From assembly GCF_006345805.1 (NCBI RefSeq), contig NC_043012.1, positions 9,238,001 to 9,302,000 on the forward strand: a stretch of DNA of 64,000 nt, written 5' to 3'. Made by a program: the position numbers and the translations under genes. Within the stretch, counting starts at the first letter, position 1. Each line of letters starts with the position of its first letter. The notes under the pieces were generated by a model, which was given only the letters and a program-made list of their open reading frames with translations, was not told the DNA's origin and made no database searches. The DNA comes from Octopus sinensis. Its lineage: Eukaryota. This document shows positions 38,825-51,145 of this stretch, piece by piece.

Positions 38825-39822
38825 ATGTATGTATGTATGTATACATATATATATATACACATATATATATGAAAATATATATATACACACACATATATAT
38901 ATACACATACATATATATATACACATATACTTATATATATATACATATATAAATATATATGTACACATATACACAAAGATATATAAATGTATATATATAT
39001 ATATATATATATATACAAAAGAGGTATACATATATATACATATATTTATCAATACATATGCGCATACATATACATGCATTATTTTACATATTTATAGATA
39101 CATGTGTATATATATGTATATATATATATGTATACCTCTTTATATATATCTTTGCGTATATACATCTTTTTTATGCATCTTTGTATGTATAAATACATAT
39201 ATATTCATACACACACTCACATATATATACATATACATATACATACGTGTATGTGTGTCCATTCTGTTACACATATTCAGAGAGATATATACATAAACAT
39301 CTACACACGCACACGCACACCACACACACACACACACACACACACTTTACGAAATACATTTCTATGAGCACATTAAATGTATTTTCTACTGTTATTTTAA
39401 CCGTTTTTAGAGTAAATTGTCAGAATTTAAAACTTTTTCATTATTTTACTTTTACTTTCGCTTTCAAAATATGATTGTCATTTGATTTGATATCAAGTAA
39501 CTGACAGAATATATCTTCTCTGTTGATTTTGTTTCCTTCTTTGGTTAAATTAAATAAATAACGGCAGAGATTTTTGAGAGTCAATGCAATACCGCTTTTA
39601 AGTTTGATTTCTCTGTTCTCAGCTGAAATTTTAACGTGGATCCTATTACACATTCCCTTTATACGATCGATGAAATATTTAAAATAGTGTGCTCTTGTTA
39701 TTTTTATTACCTCCACGCCATCCTTAATCAAATAGAATTTTAAACAACGTGGTTCCAGAAATGACCAGCCCGTCTTATTTTCTGATACATTATTTGAAGT
39801 ACTACAATATCCGATGAGTTAC

Positions 39823-40969
39823 CTTTCATTTTTAAGGAAGCAGGATTTGATATAATGGAAAATTGGCTGTAAATTCTTTCAGATCGAGCACACATAGAGC
39901 AATCCTTGTTGGTTCGACAATAAACAACTCCGCTACCATATTTCAATCTAACATTAATGTAATTAATTTTGACTGTATTTCAATTACACAAATAATTGTA
40001 TAATAATTATAATTTCATATTTTTAAGTGTGATTTAACCACCAATATATTTAGTCGATCTTATCGGCTCTTAATAGTTGAAAATGAATGGGAGCCCGAAA
40101 TGAAATTTGATTTGAGAGTATAAAAGGATGTACTGATAAATAGTCAATTAATTCTTGGATAATTATCATAATTAAGTTAGACTGCAATACTTTTATAATT
40201 TCTATTACTAAAAATGTGTATTAATCTTATCACACATTTTAATAAATATTGCAATAAATATTAAGCGATTTCGATCGTGTCTGTTATGAGACCTTACCTA
40301 TGTAGCCTGTCCTTAGCTTCATAAAAGTGACCATTCACCATTCCTATTGTACGAAATTAAATTACGCATAGAACTTTCCAAAATCTATAGCTATTGGCAA
40401 CTTGTCATTTTCGTTATGGAAATCTCTGTATATCATTGCAAATGCATCGATTACAACCGAATGATGGACACATTTCTTATATTGTTCAATGAATATTGTT
40501 CGATAGCTTACGCTAGTGATATTTCTGAACTTCACTTTCACTTATGCACGACAATATAATTTCACTCAGTTTCCTAACGTAAATTTCTAAAATACTATCG
40601 ACATATCTGTCACACAATATTATACACAGATTGTGCAATGTAAGCTTCACAATATATAAGCTAAATTTATGTATGCTTAATATATGCTTCAAACACTAGT
40701 ACATAAATACATACGCAGATACATATATACCTACTACATGCATACATACATATATATTATGTTATATTTTAGGGTTTTTATTTAACGAATACCCTTATAA
40801 AATGATATCTAGCATTTGTAAATCACAATGTAATTGATCACTCAACCGCATGTGAGTTGTCTTCTCTTATTCTACCCATGTGCCGTGTCATGTGTGTTTG
40901 AACGAAAACAACTTACCGCTTTTTTTAGGCGTCTTTTCCTTTGTGTGAAACATACATATCGTATGTAAA
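39823..40969 (-). other. Three phase-compatible candidate exons (40969-40917, 40343-40298, 39947-39823) of an unidentified minus-strand gene or pseudogene
   Basis: Donors GCG|gtaagt, TAG|gtaagg, AAG|gtaact with AG acceptors; the spliced frame is open. Confidence 0.3.
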
Positions 40970-42298
40970 CTACAAGATAGATTTCTAACAATGTAAGGCT
41001 AGCGACTATCTAGCAATAGAGCCGTGGTTTCGAAAATCTGGGCTAGTGTGAAGCATACTGTAAAACCACTAGGAGTTAGTGACCCCTTAGCTTTTGTTAA
41101 AAGTATGTCTCTAGAAGTATGGCAGTACTGTTTCCACAGCTATGCCAGCAATATAATTGGACGGACGGTCGGATCTCGGCAGTATTTGGAAGCAGTTAGA
41201 GAAAGACATCTGGTATAAATCTTCAATGTTGTGAGTGCTTGTAAACAAGTAAGGGAGAAGGGAGTCAAACCTGACAGTAAATCAAATCAATTTAGACCCC
41301 CCGTCTATCCTAATCATCCTGAGAAAGCATGAAGATACAACGAATGGATAAAACAATGAATGGTGATGGCCCTGAACCCTCGAGAAGCTTGCCGTTCCAT
41401 GAGCTACACCAGCAGATCAAGATCACAGTATGTGACGAGTGATGAGGCTCAGATCCTTTGCTATAAGGATTCGAATATTCATCTTATTACATATTTTATT
41501 GATCCTAAATAAAACAAAACAACTGTTGATTAAGGTGGGCTGTATCCTTATCTATATGATATATTAACTCAGAAACAGTCATATATTTAATATGTATCTT
41601 TCATATTTCAGGCATCTGAAATTTTCACGTCAGTCTAATCAGTTGTGATAACTTTTCCAACACCGAAATAAAAAGTAATAAATAGAAAAAAAAACCCATT
41701 ATTTTTCTATTATCTAAATTGGATAAGTTTTCATTCCTTCATCAATAATTTTTATTAATTATGCGTTTAGCATTCTGCCTTTGAAATTATTAGCGTCAGT
41801 AAAAGAATTTATTTTGTTATGTATAATTACGGTTGTTTAATTAGGAATGTTTTAAATGTGACATGTCTTAAAATATTTCAATTCTATTCGCGGAAAGACA
41901 GAGTCTCATATCAAAGGAGAATTTAACAGTTTTTCTTCATGTTTGTTGAAACTCGAAGTCAATTGAAATGTAATGCATTACATGCACAATCGTCTTGATA
42001 TACTCGTTGTTAGTCAAAGTTACTCCATCTTAAATTATACGATAATTTATTTCTGTGTAGTGTGTGGATTATATTTTAACGTTGAAAGTACTTGTCATTA
42101 CGAATCATACTCGAAATTCATTTCAATCGAATTCTAAAAAACTACAGAAGATGGTTGATACCAAAAATTTGTGAATAGTTTCAAGCATTTTTACATAGCC
42201 AATGTGAGCTGTGGTAAAACTACGGCATTAACGTTAATTTCTGAAAGATATTTTAAAAACTATTTTTGCTTCAAGTATTAATTTCATATTTCCCTTAC

Positions 42299-42510
42299 CG
42301 TTACTTCCATAATTTTTTTCCTATTTTTCATTTGGCCAGTGTCTATATTCTTAAAAAATATAGAGTCATCTACCAATCTATCAACAGAAGATGATACATG
42401 GACCATATTTTTTTCCATGTTTCTGAATAGTCTCAGGCTCACGAAAGATCGCAGGCACAATGGTACCGGAATGGTTGAAATAATAACCTTTATGTGCTTC
42501 GAAATTTTAC
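42299..42510 (-). other. Candidate 212-nt exon
   Basis: catgtcatttttag| acceptor and ACG|gtaagg donor; only one frame open (GKISKHIKVII...RKKIMEVT). Confidence 0.25.
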
Positions 42511-43492
42511 CTAAAAATGACATGTGTATAATGTAGATATTTATAATAAAATTTACATATATAAACATGGATAATGAAATTACATAAATTAAACTCAATT
42601 TACATCTTCCTTAATATTTTGTCTCATAAAGAACACAAGTAAGTATAAAGAGGGATTCTTTTCAATTATCTCATAAAAGTTATACGCATTATTTTTGTTT
42701 CATTGCAAACCATCATTTCCTAATGTTTATATTCCCAAGATATACAGCAACTTTTAAGCTGGACATTTATTGATGATATTCGCAAAGGGTAATAGAAATA
42801 CAAATGCATCGATTATATTATGTGTCTCTTGACGACCACTGTAGATGTGTTGAGATATAAACCCATCGTGTAATTGCTGAATATAAATGAGCTATAATCT
42901 ACAAATATATGCCTGTGTAACATGCTAACTGAAAGACAGGAATAATTCCCATTAATAAAAGAATTAATGCTGAATTTTGTATCGTAAAATAAGCAGAGGA
43001 GTAGATTTATCACATATTTCGCTTTAAGCATTGACACAAGATTTGAAAATATTATCGTTCTTAAAATGATTCTATGATTTATTTTATTAACATCATCCAA
43101 AACTTAGAAATATCACTGGCACGAAAATATCCTTTTCTTTTCACTAAACTAGATTTATAGCTAACAATTTTGTTTTATGAACCTTGCTTTCCCGACTTCA
43201 AAACCAATAACGCAAGAATCTTTGCAAATAACGGATTTGGTTGAATCAGCCATACGCTTTATTCCAAATTTAGCGTAAACGTACCAAATTTAGAAGTAAT
43301 ATTACGAACTAATATTGATTGATTTGACTTGAGGTATACACCCAAGACTTTGTAATCTTATCATAACCAATAGCATAATATATTTTGAAAGACCTAAATA
43401 CATTCACCAGTTATAGGAGATTTAAGAGAATTCTCTGTAAGAAACATACTTAGAAATGTCTTTTAATCCTCAATTTGGTTGCACACAGAAAC

Positions 43493-43543
<51 letters not shown>

Positions 43544-43553
43544 ATCTCCCCAC

Positions 43554-43585
<32 letters not shown>

Positions 43586-43865
43586 CGATCGATCCATCTA
43601 TCTATCTGCGTATATCTAAATACACACCCACACAGTATGTAATATGTGTGTGTGTTAATTCTATATTATGTATTGCGTAAACTCATGATGAGATCTTCTA
43701 TGAGGAAAGTGTGCAAAGAAACTTTTGGGCTTTCTGTAAGACAAATCTTCGATGGCTTTATACAGGCCGTCATGTGGTATTAAAAGTAAATCAGTAACCA
43801 ATGAAATAATCTACGCTTGCATTACGTATTGCATTTAATGACAAGTAATTGTTTTCTTTTTACAT

Positions 43866-44104
43866 ACTCTTTTTCTTTTACTCTTTTACTCTTTTACTTG
43901 TTTCAGTCAATTCACTGCGGCCATGCTGGAGTACCGCCTTTGGTCGAGCACATCGACACCTGGACTTATTCTTTGTAAACCTAGTACTTATTCTATCGGT
44001 CTTTTTTGTCGAACCGCTAAGTTACGGGGACGCAGACACACCAGCATCGGTTGTCAAGCGATGTTGGGGTGACAACACTGACACACAAACATATACACAC
44101 ACAT

Positions 44105-44148
<44 letters not shown>

Positions 44149-44156
44149 ATATATAC

Positions 44157-44240
<84 letters not shown>

Positions 44241-44447
44241 TATATATATATATATATAATATATATTATATATATATATATATATATACATACATGCGAC
44301 GGGTTCCTTTCAGTTTCCGTCTACCAAATCCACTCAAGGCTTTGGTCGGGCCGAGGCTATAGTAGAAGACACTTGCCCAAGGTGCCAAGCAGTGGGACTG
44401 AACCCGGAGCCACGTAGTTCGTAAGTAAGCTACTTACCACACAGCCA
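43866..44447 (-). mobile_element. SINE family A with expanded internal (AT)n
   Basis: Tail 43866-44100 and head 44295-44447. Confidence 0.9.
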
Positions 44448-44594
44448 CATTTATTTCAAATATACTGTGTATATTTATTTATATATTTGAGTTACTGCAT
44501 CGTATTACTGTGTTTAATATCACTATAGTGATAAGTATGCGTATGATATTATTCTATATGATACTACTGCTTATTATTGGGTATCTTTTATCTG

Positions 44595-44816
44595 TTTTAC
44601 TTTTACTTGTTTCTGTTAATGAGACTGCGACAATGCTGGGGCATCACCTTGAAAATTTTTAATCAAAGGAATCGACCACAGTACTTACCTGTTTTGAAGC
44701 CTGGTACTTATTCTATCGGACTCTTCTGTCGAACCGCTGTTACGGGAACATGAGCAGAAAACCCTTTGTTAAGCGGTAGTGGGGGCAAACACAAACACAA
44801 AAGACACAAAAAACAG

Positions 44817-44880
<64 letters not shown>

Positions 44881-44970
44881 CCCCCACATGGGTTACACTG
44901 AGGCATTTCTTTGGTCAATCCGAACGTTGGGATCTAGTACGGAACCATTTGCTAGCAAAACGAATATTTA
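44595..44970 (-). mobile_element. Degenerate SINE family A
   Basis: gagactgcgacaatgctggggcatc..ctggtacttattctatcgg..gaaccgct. Confidence 0.65.
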
Positions 44971-46154
44971 ACAAATACCATTCTTGTGACAATGCTATTT
45001 ACGCCCTTGAGTTCTCGCCGAGAGTTTTTCTTGTATTTGAATCCAGTTCGCTTAGCAATGATCTTGTTGTCCAGTTCAGGAATTTATTTCATGGGTTTTG
45101 TATTAACAGGGGAAATTACTTTGATAATCTCCGTTAATTCAACTCTCTTTTCGTTGTAAAATCAAATGTCTATGTCCTGTCAGAAACTTTTTACTTTTAT
45201 TCTTACCTGAATTACCTGAATTAATTCTTACAGCTTCACTAAAATATATACCAGTAATGTATTGAGGTCAGTTTAATTCTCTATACTTAGTCTTCTGATA
45301 TAAATTACCAAGTTTGAACATTAGTCAAAGTGTTGTAGAAAATTTTGATTTCAGACATCAGTAAACTATAAAGTTTTGCTTAGTTTTATCTCTTTTAATG
45401 CTAATTGTCTGTTTTACCAAACATTATCTCAAACAATACATTAATAAATGTGAGTGGTCTTCTCTTCACTATAATCCTCTAAACTATAACTTCATTAAAA
45501 GACTGTACTTCATATATATTATTTCTTCACATTTCCAGATATCCAAGATGGAAGCTGCAGCCGCTACATTCTGAAAATCAATTTCTATGTAATAGTTTTG
45601 TACTCTTTGACATTCATTGCAAAAACATTTCAGAATCTATTCAATGCCAAAATTCTGCAAAACTTTCGTAATCAGCTTACCTATTCCTAAACCTTATTAG
45701 TTCGGTATCTTCGCGAATTTTAATTTGAAATTACACAACCAAGTTTTCAATCAACTGATGACACTGTCACTTGTTATATATCTAAAGCCACTTTCTTTAA
45801 CAAATTCTTTCTATTATTCCTGCATCAGATTTTCTCTTTCTAATCCCATCGGTTAAGTGGATTAAGTGCCAATACTACGTTAACATGTTTTCTTAAAAGA
45901 CTTTGGGCCTATAGACTAGGAAGAATGAGATTATCTGGAGTTATGACTTTCCTAAAGAAAATTGCGACGTTAATATAATTCGTATCAGAAGGCCGAAATG
46001 CGCCAGACAGGTTTATAATCCATGAAGTGGATATTGCTGTATTACTGATACTATTTTATTGGTTCACAATAGATGAGGGCCAATGGTAGTCCAAGCAAGA
46101 CGTTAAAACCGCAACATCCACAATTTTTTATTACTTAATACTTGCTTAGCCTAA

Positions 46155-46340
46155 GGCAGCGAACAGGGAACATCGTTAGCACGCTGGTCAAAATTCTGAG
46201 CGGCGTTTCGTTCGTCTTTACGTTATGAGTTCAAATTCTGCTGAGGTCGATTTTACCTTTCATCCTTTCGAGTCAATAAACTAAGTACTAGTTGAGCCCT
46301 ATTTGAGTACTGAAATTGCTGGCTTGCTCCAAAATTTGAG
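46155..46340 (+). mobile_element. Degenerate SINE family B
   Basis: cgttagcacgctgg..gagttcaaattctgctgaggtcgattttacctttcatcctttcg. Confidence 0.75.
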
Positions 46341-46414
46341 TTCAATATTTTCAAGTTTGTAATGACTCACGTAATTAAAAAATGACTGAACAGCTGAACA
46401 AAGTGAGAGGTTGT

Positions 46415-46810
46415 ATTGTAAGTAGCTTGCTTACCAACCACATGGTTCTGGGTTCAGTCCCACTGCGTGGCACCTTGGGCAAGTGTCTTCTACTATAGCC
46501 TCGGGCTGACCAAAGTCTTGTGAGGGGATTTGGTAGACGGAAACTGAAAGAAGCCCGTCGTATATATGTATATATATAAGTATGTGTGTGCATATGTTTG
46601 TGTGTCTGTGTTTGTCCCCCCCAACATCGCTTGACAACCGATGCTGGTGTGATTGCGTCTCCGTAACTTAGCGGTTCGGCGAAAGAGCCGATAGAATACG
46701 TACTCGGCTTACAAATAATAAGTCCTGGGAGTCGATTTGCTCGACTAAAGGCGGTATTCCAACATGGCCGCAGTCAAATGACTGAAACAAGTAAAAAGAG
46801 TAAAAGAGTA
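46415..46810 (+). mobile_element. SINE family A
   Basis: Near full length. Confidence 0.9.
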
Positions 46811-47189
46811 AAGAAAGAGACATTGAAGAGTTACAATGCCAATGTTCATTAAAATGCATTTCGTTTTCATAATTAAAAAATATATATATATAGACAAACT
46901 ACGAATGTTTTTAAACGTCCGCTTTCAATCGGATGACCGATCTGGTCCAGGCACTACTGATAACGTAAAGAAACGGAATCCCAAACATCAAGAAGCATTT
47001 CATTTGGTATTTGTTCACATTCTCGTTCAATAACTGCCCTCAATTCGCCAGTTGCAAGGATTTTAAAGAAGTCCTAGATATTCGTCGTATCTGGACATAG
47101 GACGAGTGGTCATGGCTAGAATATCTTTGATCATAAGTCACATTAATCATTAACCTGACGCTAAACAAATATTGATCTCATATTTTGGA

Positions 47190-47365
47190 AGAAGGTCAGC
47201 AATTTCAGAGGAAAGAGTAAGTCAATAACATCGACCCTAGTACTTATTTTTATCAACCCGGAAAGAATGAAAGGCAAAGTTGACTCCGGCGGGATTTGAA
47301 CTCAATGCAATGACGGACGAAATGTCGCTCATTATTTTTCCTGGCGTGCTAACGATTCTGCCAAA
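47190..47365 (-). mobile_element. Degenerate SINE family B
   Basis: gaaagaatgaaaggcaaagttgactccggcgggatttgaactc. Confidence 0.7.
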
Positions 47366-48004
47366 TCACTGTCTTAGGCTAACCAAATATTTAGGAGTAA
47401 ATAATTGTGACCATAAACTTTATTTTTTAAGTATCCCTATAAAAAAAGTTCTAGGTGTATGAGGTACAGCGAACGTGGAAGATATTCTACTGAACCTATT
47501 CGTACAATCCACCTGTGTAGCGAAATTTCTTACGTTAGGCCCTTACATTACTATGGTAGTGTGGTAGGTGCCCCATCTTGCTGGAAATAAACCTGCATAT
47601 ATTTAAAGTCCTCTTGAATGTAGGGAATGACTGATTGACGCAGAAAGTAAATGAAACCAGTCACAGCACCGTTAAAAAATGGTCCAATTAATTCTGTTTA
47701 TGATAAGCTGCATCATACTGTACCTCAAATAGCTAAGCTCTCTTGTTACTGAAAGAAGTCTTGCTTATTGTTAATTACTTTTGACTGTGACTTTAAAGTT
47801 TTAGTAGTAGCTGTCATTGTTATGGGTTCACAATCGGCAAATATTTTCATCTTCTAACATTACAAAAGCCAACTATATACTTTATAAAAACACCGCTATA
47901 TAATGTGCGTGTTATCTGTTGTATACTGAAAATACAAAACAAAATAGACGGGTTTCTGTCATAATGGACTTCCTCATAATACTATAGTTTAGAATAATTT
48001 CCAA

Positions 48005-48555
48005 ATTTTGGCACAAGAACCGCAATTTAAGGGGACGTGGTAGGCCAATAACATCGATTCCAGTGCTCACTTCGTACTTATTTTATCGACCTCGAAAGGA
48101 TGAAGGGCAAAGTCGGCCCCGGTGGAATTTGAACTCATAATGTAAAGACGGAAGAAATACCTATTTCTTTACTACCCACAAGGGGCTAAACACAGAGGAG
48201 ACAAACAAGGACAGACAGACGGATTAAGTCGATTATATCGACCCCAGTGCGTAACTGGTACTTAGGTTATCGACCCCGAAAGGACGAAAGGCACATTCGA
48301 CCTCGGCGGGATTTGAACTCAGAACGTAACGGCAGACGAAATACCTATTTCTTTACTACCCACAAGGGGCTAAACACAGGAAGGACGAACAAGGACAGAC
48401 AAACGGATTAAGCCGATTAAAGCGGCCCCAGTGCGTAACTGGTTCTTATTTAATCGACCCCGAAAGGATGAAAGGCAAAGTCGACCTCAGGGGAATTTAA
48501 ACTCAGAACGTAGTGACGGACAAGATGCCGTTCACCATTTTGTCCGGTGTGCTAA
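48005..48555 (-). mobile_element. SINE family B head-to-tail concatemer (~184-bp period)
   Basis: aatacctatttctttactacccacaagggg recurs at 48156 and 48340. Confidence 0.9.
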
Positions 48556-48875
48556 AATATTTCTATAGATATTAAATGACTATACAAATAAAGCTGGAGT
48601 TGTACTTAAAGAAGAGGTAGAGCTTATCTTAGATGTAATTCACTATTCAATTCAGCACTTTATGTTTTAAACATTTTCTTGGAAACGTCTTGACCTAAGA
48701 AATTTTATTTCACTTAAAATATGTTATGTAAAGTTGCATGATGTGCTTTCATGCTTCTTTCTATTCAAAGATCAACTGTACTTAAATTATATGAATTGTT
48801 CACAAATGAATTAAGATATATAACCTTATCCAAGGTCGTTTATGTGAAGAAGTGATATAGTTAAAGTGCCGACTA

Positions 48876-49018
48876 AGGCGGCGAGCTGGCAGAATCGTTA
48901 GCGCTCTGGATGAAATGCTTAGCGGTATTTCGCCCGTCGCTACGTTGTGAGTTCAAATTCTGCCGAGGTCGAGTTTGCCGTTATTCTTTCGGGGGTCGAT
49001 AAAATAAGTACCAGTGAG
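48876..49018 (+). mobile_element. SINE family B, 5' part
   Basis: ggcggcgagctggcagaatcgttagcg...cgggggtcgataaaataagtaccag. Confidence 0.85.
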
Positions 49019-49055
49019 GCAACCCCACCAAAGCCCCACCAAAGCCATAATAATA

Positions 49056-49624
49056 TTGGGTTGTCCAGAAAGTTCGTGCCGATTTTTAAAGGAAAGAAAA
49101 AGGTCAATAAATACTTGCCATTACATTTTTAATCAACCAAATATGAACCATTTTATTGCACAATGTGTCTCCATCGTTTCCTTTAACTTGAAAACACTCT
49201 CTTCCCAGAATTGAGGTGGTTTCATGGCAAAGAATTCATCAAGGTATCTTTTTACGTCATCCAAGGAATTGAAAGTTTTACCATTAAGACTATTCTGTAG
49301 AGACCTGAATAAGTGGAAATCCGAAGGAGCAATATCTGGTGAATATGGAGGGTGGGATAACACATCCCAGCCGAGCTGCGGCAATTTTTTTACTGGTTTC
49401 CAAAGCATCAAGTGCCGAAAATGAACTTTCTTATCTTCCATTTTAAAGGGTTACAAAGTTAACACAGGTTATAGGAATACAAAACTTCTTCCACGAAAAG
49501 GTAGCTTAAACTTTGCTCTAAATGAAGGTGTATTCAAATCCTATTTTTATGGACTCAACCATATTCTAAAATAAGTCGAAAGGTAGTCTACTATAAATCG
49601 GCACGGACTTTCCGGACAACCCAA
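49056..49624 (-). mobile_element. mariner deletion derivative with both TIRs and TA TSD
   Basis: TIRs ttgggttgtccagaaagttcgtgccgattt / aaatcggcacggactttccggacaacccaa; ORF 49133-49441 fuses the N-terminus MEDKKVHFRHLMLW to C-terminal WDVLSHPPYSPDIAPSDFHLFRSLQN. Confidence 0.95.
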
Positions 49625-49843
49625 TAATAATAATAAAAAAAATAACAATTAATTTGCCGTGTAGTGGAACTGAACCAGAAACCTCATAGTTTCGGAGTGT
49701 TGTCATTCAGTAATTTGTCCAAGAAATATATCACACACCATCAGCTGTACGCGCGGATTTAATCGCGCAGTAAATTATTACATTACCGCCTCGTCGCTGG
49801 AATCTAGCACCAATTTAGCTTTCTATTTACGGGGCCGATCTCT

Positions 49844-49892
<49 letters not shown>

Positions 49893-49913
49893 ATCCCCCT
49901 TGTGTCTCTCTCA

Positions 49914-49949
<36 letters not shown>

Positions 49950-50219
49950 TTTTATCAAATTGTCTTCTTGCATGAAAATAGAAACCATTTCAGTCAAGTC
50001 TTGAAGAGTCGAATTATTACTGTGTTATCAATAAGTTGATATTAAATTAAGAATCCCCATCTTCCTATTTCTCTGTGCGAGGAGAAATAATTCCTCTCTC
50101 CTCCGCCCCCCCCACGCCACCTATGACCGACAGAATAAAGTCAAAATGAAATAAAACAAAATTAGCGTAAATTGTTTTATTGAATCCAAATGTAAAATCT
50201 CATATAAAAGCCACCAACG

Positions 50220-50310
50220 GTTTCTTTCGTTCATTCTTTATTTCTTCCTTTCTTTGTTTCTTTCATTCTTTCTTTTCTTTTCTTTCTTTCTTTTTCTTTC
50301 TTTCTTCCAT

Positions 50311-50348
<38 letters not shown>

Positions 50349-50625
50349 TTCTTTCCTTTCTTTCTTTCTTTCTTTTTCCTTTCTTTCTTTCATTCATTCA
50401 TTCATTAATTCGTTCTTTCTTTCTTTTTTCTTTCTTTTTCTTTCTTTCATTCTTTATTTCTTCCTTTCTTTGTTTCTTTCATTCTTTCTTTTTCTTTCAT
50501 TCATTCATTCATTCATTCATTCATTCTTTCTTTCTTTCTTTCTTTCATTCATTCATTCATTCTTTCTTTCTTCCGTTCTTTCTTGTTTTCTTTCTTTCTT
50601 TCTTGTTTTCTTCCTTCCTTCCTAC
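50220..50625. repeat. (TTTC/TTCA)n pyrimidine tract with internal duplication
   Basis: Direct inspection. Confidence 0.9.
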
Positions 50626-51000
50626 ATTTCTGCAGCTGCTACTAAAGCTACGTTGCCATTCTTCTATCTGTTGTGGTTACTGTCACTGCTATTGTTATTT
50701 CCATTGTTGTTGCTGCTGCTGTTGTTGTTGTTGTTGTTGAAGCACCATCTGTTTTCTGGCAAAATATCAAAAGCGAAATATTAATTAGAGAATATTATTA
50801 AAAATGGAATTATCAAGAAAGTCGTAAAGATTCCCAGTTTCAAATGACAAATAAAATATATGAAATAATACAACTTATTAAATTAAAAAAATATTAATTC
50901 AGAAGACATTTATAGCTGGACTGTGATGTTGAACGTGCTAGATATATATGTAAGGGTACACGAGCAGAATTTCGCAGTATTACACGCAGTATATAAGGCC

Positions 51001-51145
51001 TGGCACTCCGTCGGTTGGGACGACTAGTGTTCCAGTTGAGGCAATCAACGGATCAAGCTGCTCGTGAAATTAACGTGCAAGTGGCTGAGCACTCCACAGA
51101 CAAGTGTACCCTTAGCGTAACTCTCAAAGAGATTCAGCGTGACAC
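51001..51145 (-). mobile_element. SINE family C, tail type 2 fragment
   Basis: gcactccgtcggtt..gctcgtgaaattaacgtgcaagtggctgagcactccacagac, as at 23683. Confidence 0.8.

Noticed and set aside
39740-39946. RecQ/AcademH helicase motif IV (GVVYCRT..DC) and a motif VI-like RRAGH
   Set aside because: Intervening helicase motifs are absent and the spacing is far too short; treated only as an unidentified exon candidate.
41120-41270. Gypsy gag-like FPQLCQQYNWTDGR
   Set aside because: Too short and interrupted; no other LTR-element motifs adjacent.
45215-45460. Kinase N-lobe-like LALKEIK on the minus strand
   Set aside because: About eight stops in about 88 codons, the rate expected for random AT-rich DNA.
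45700-46050. VWA-like LTDG (minus) or fucolectin-like EVDI (plus) fragments
   Set aside because: Mutually exclusive readings, each needing several frameshifts; indistinguishable from noise.
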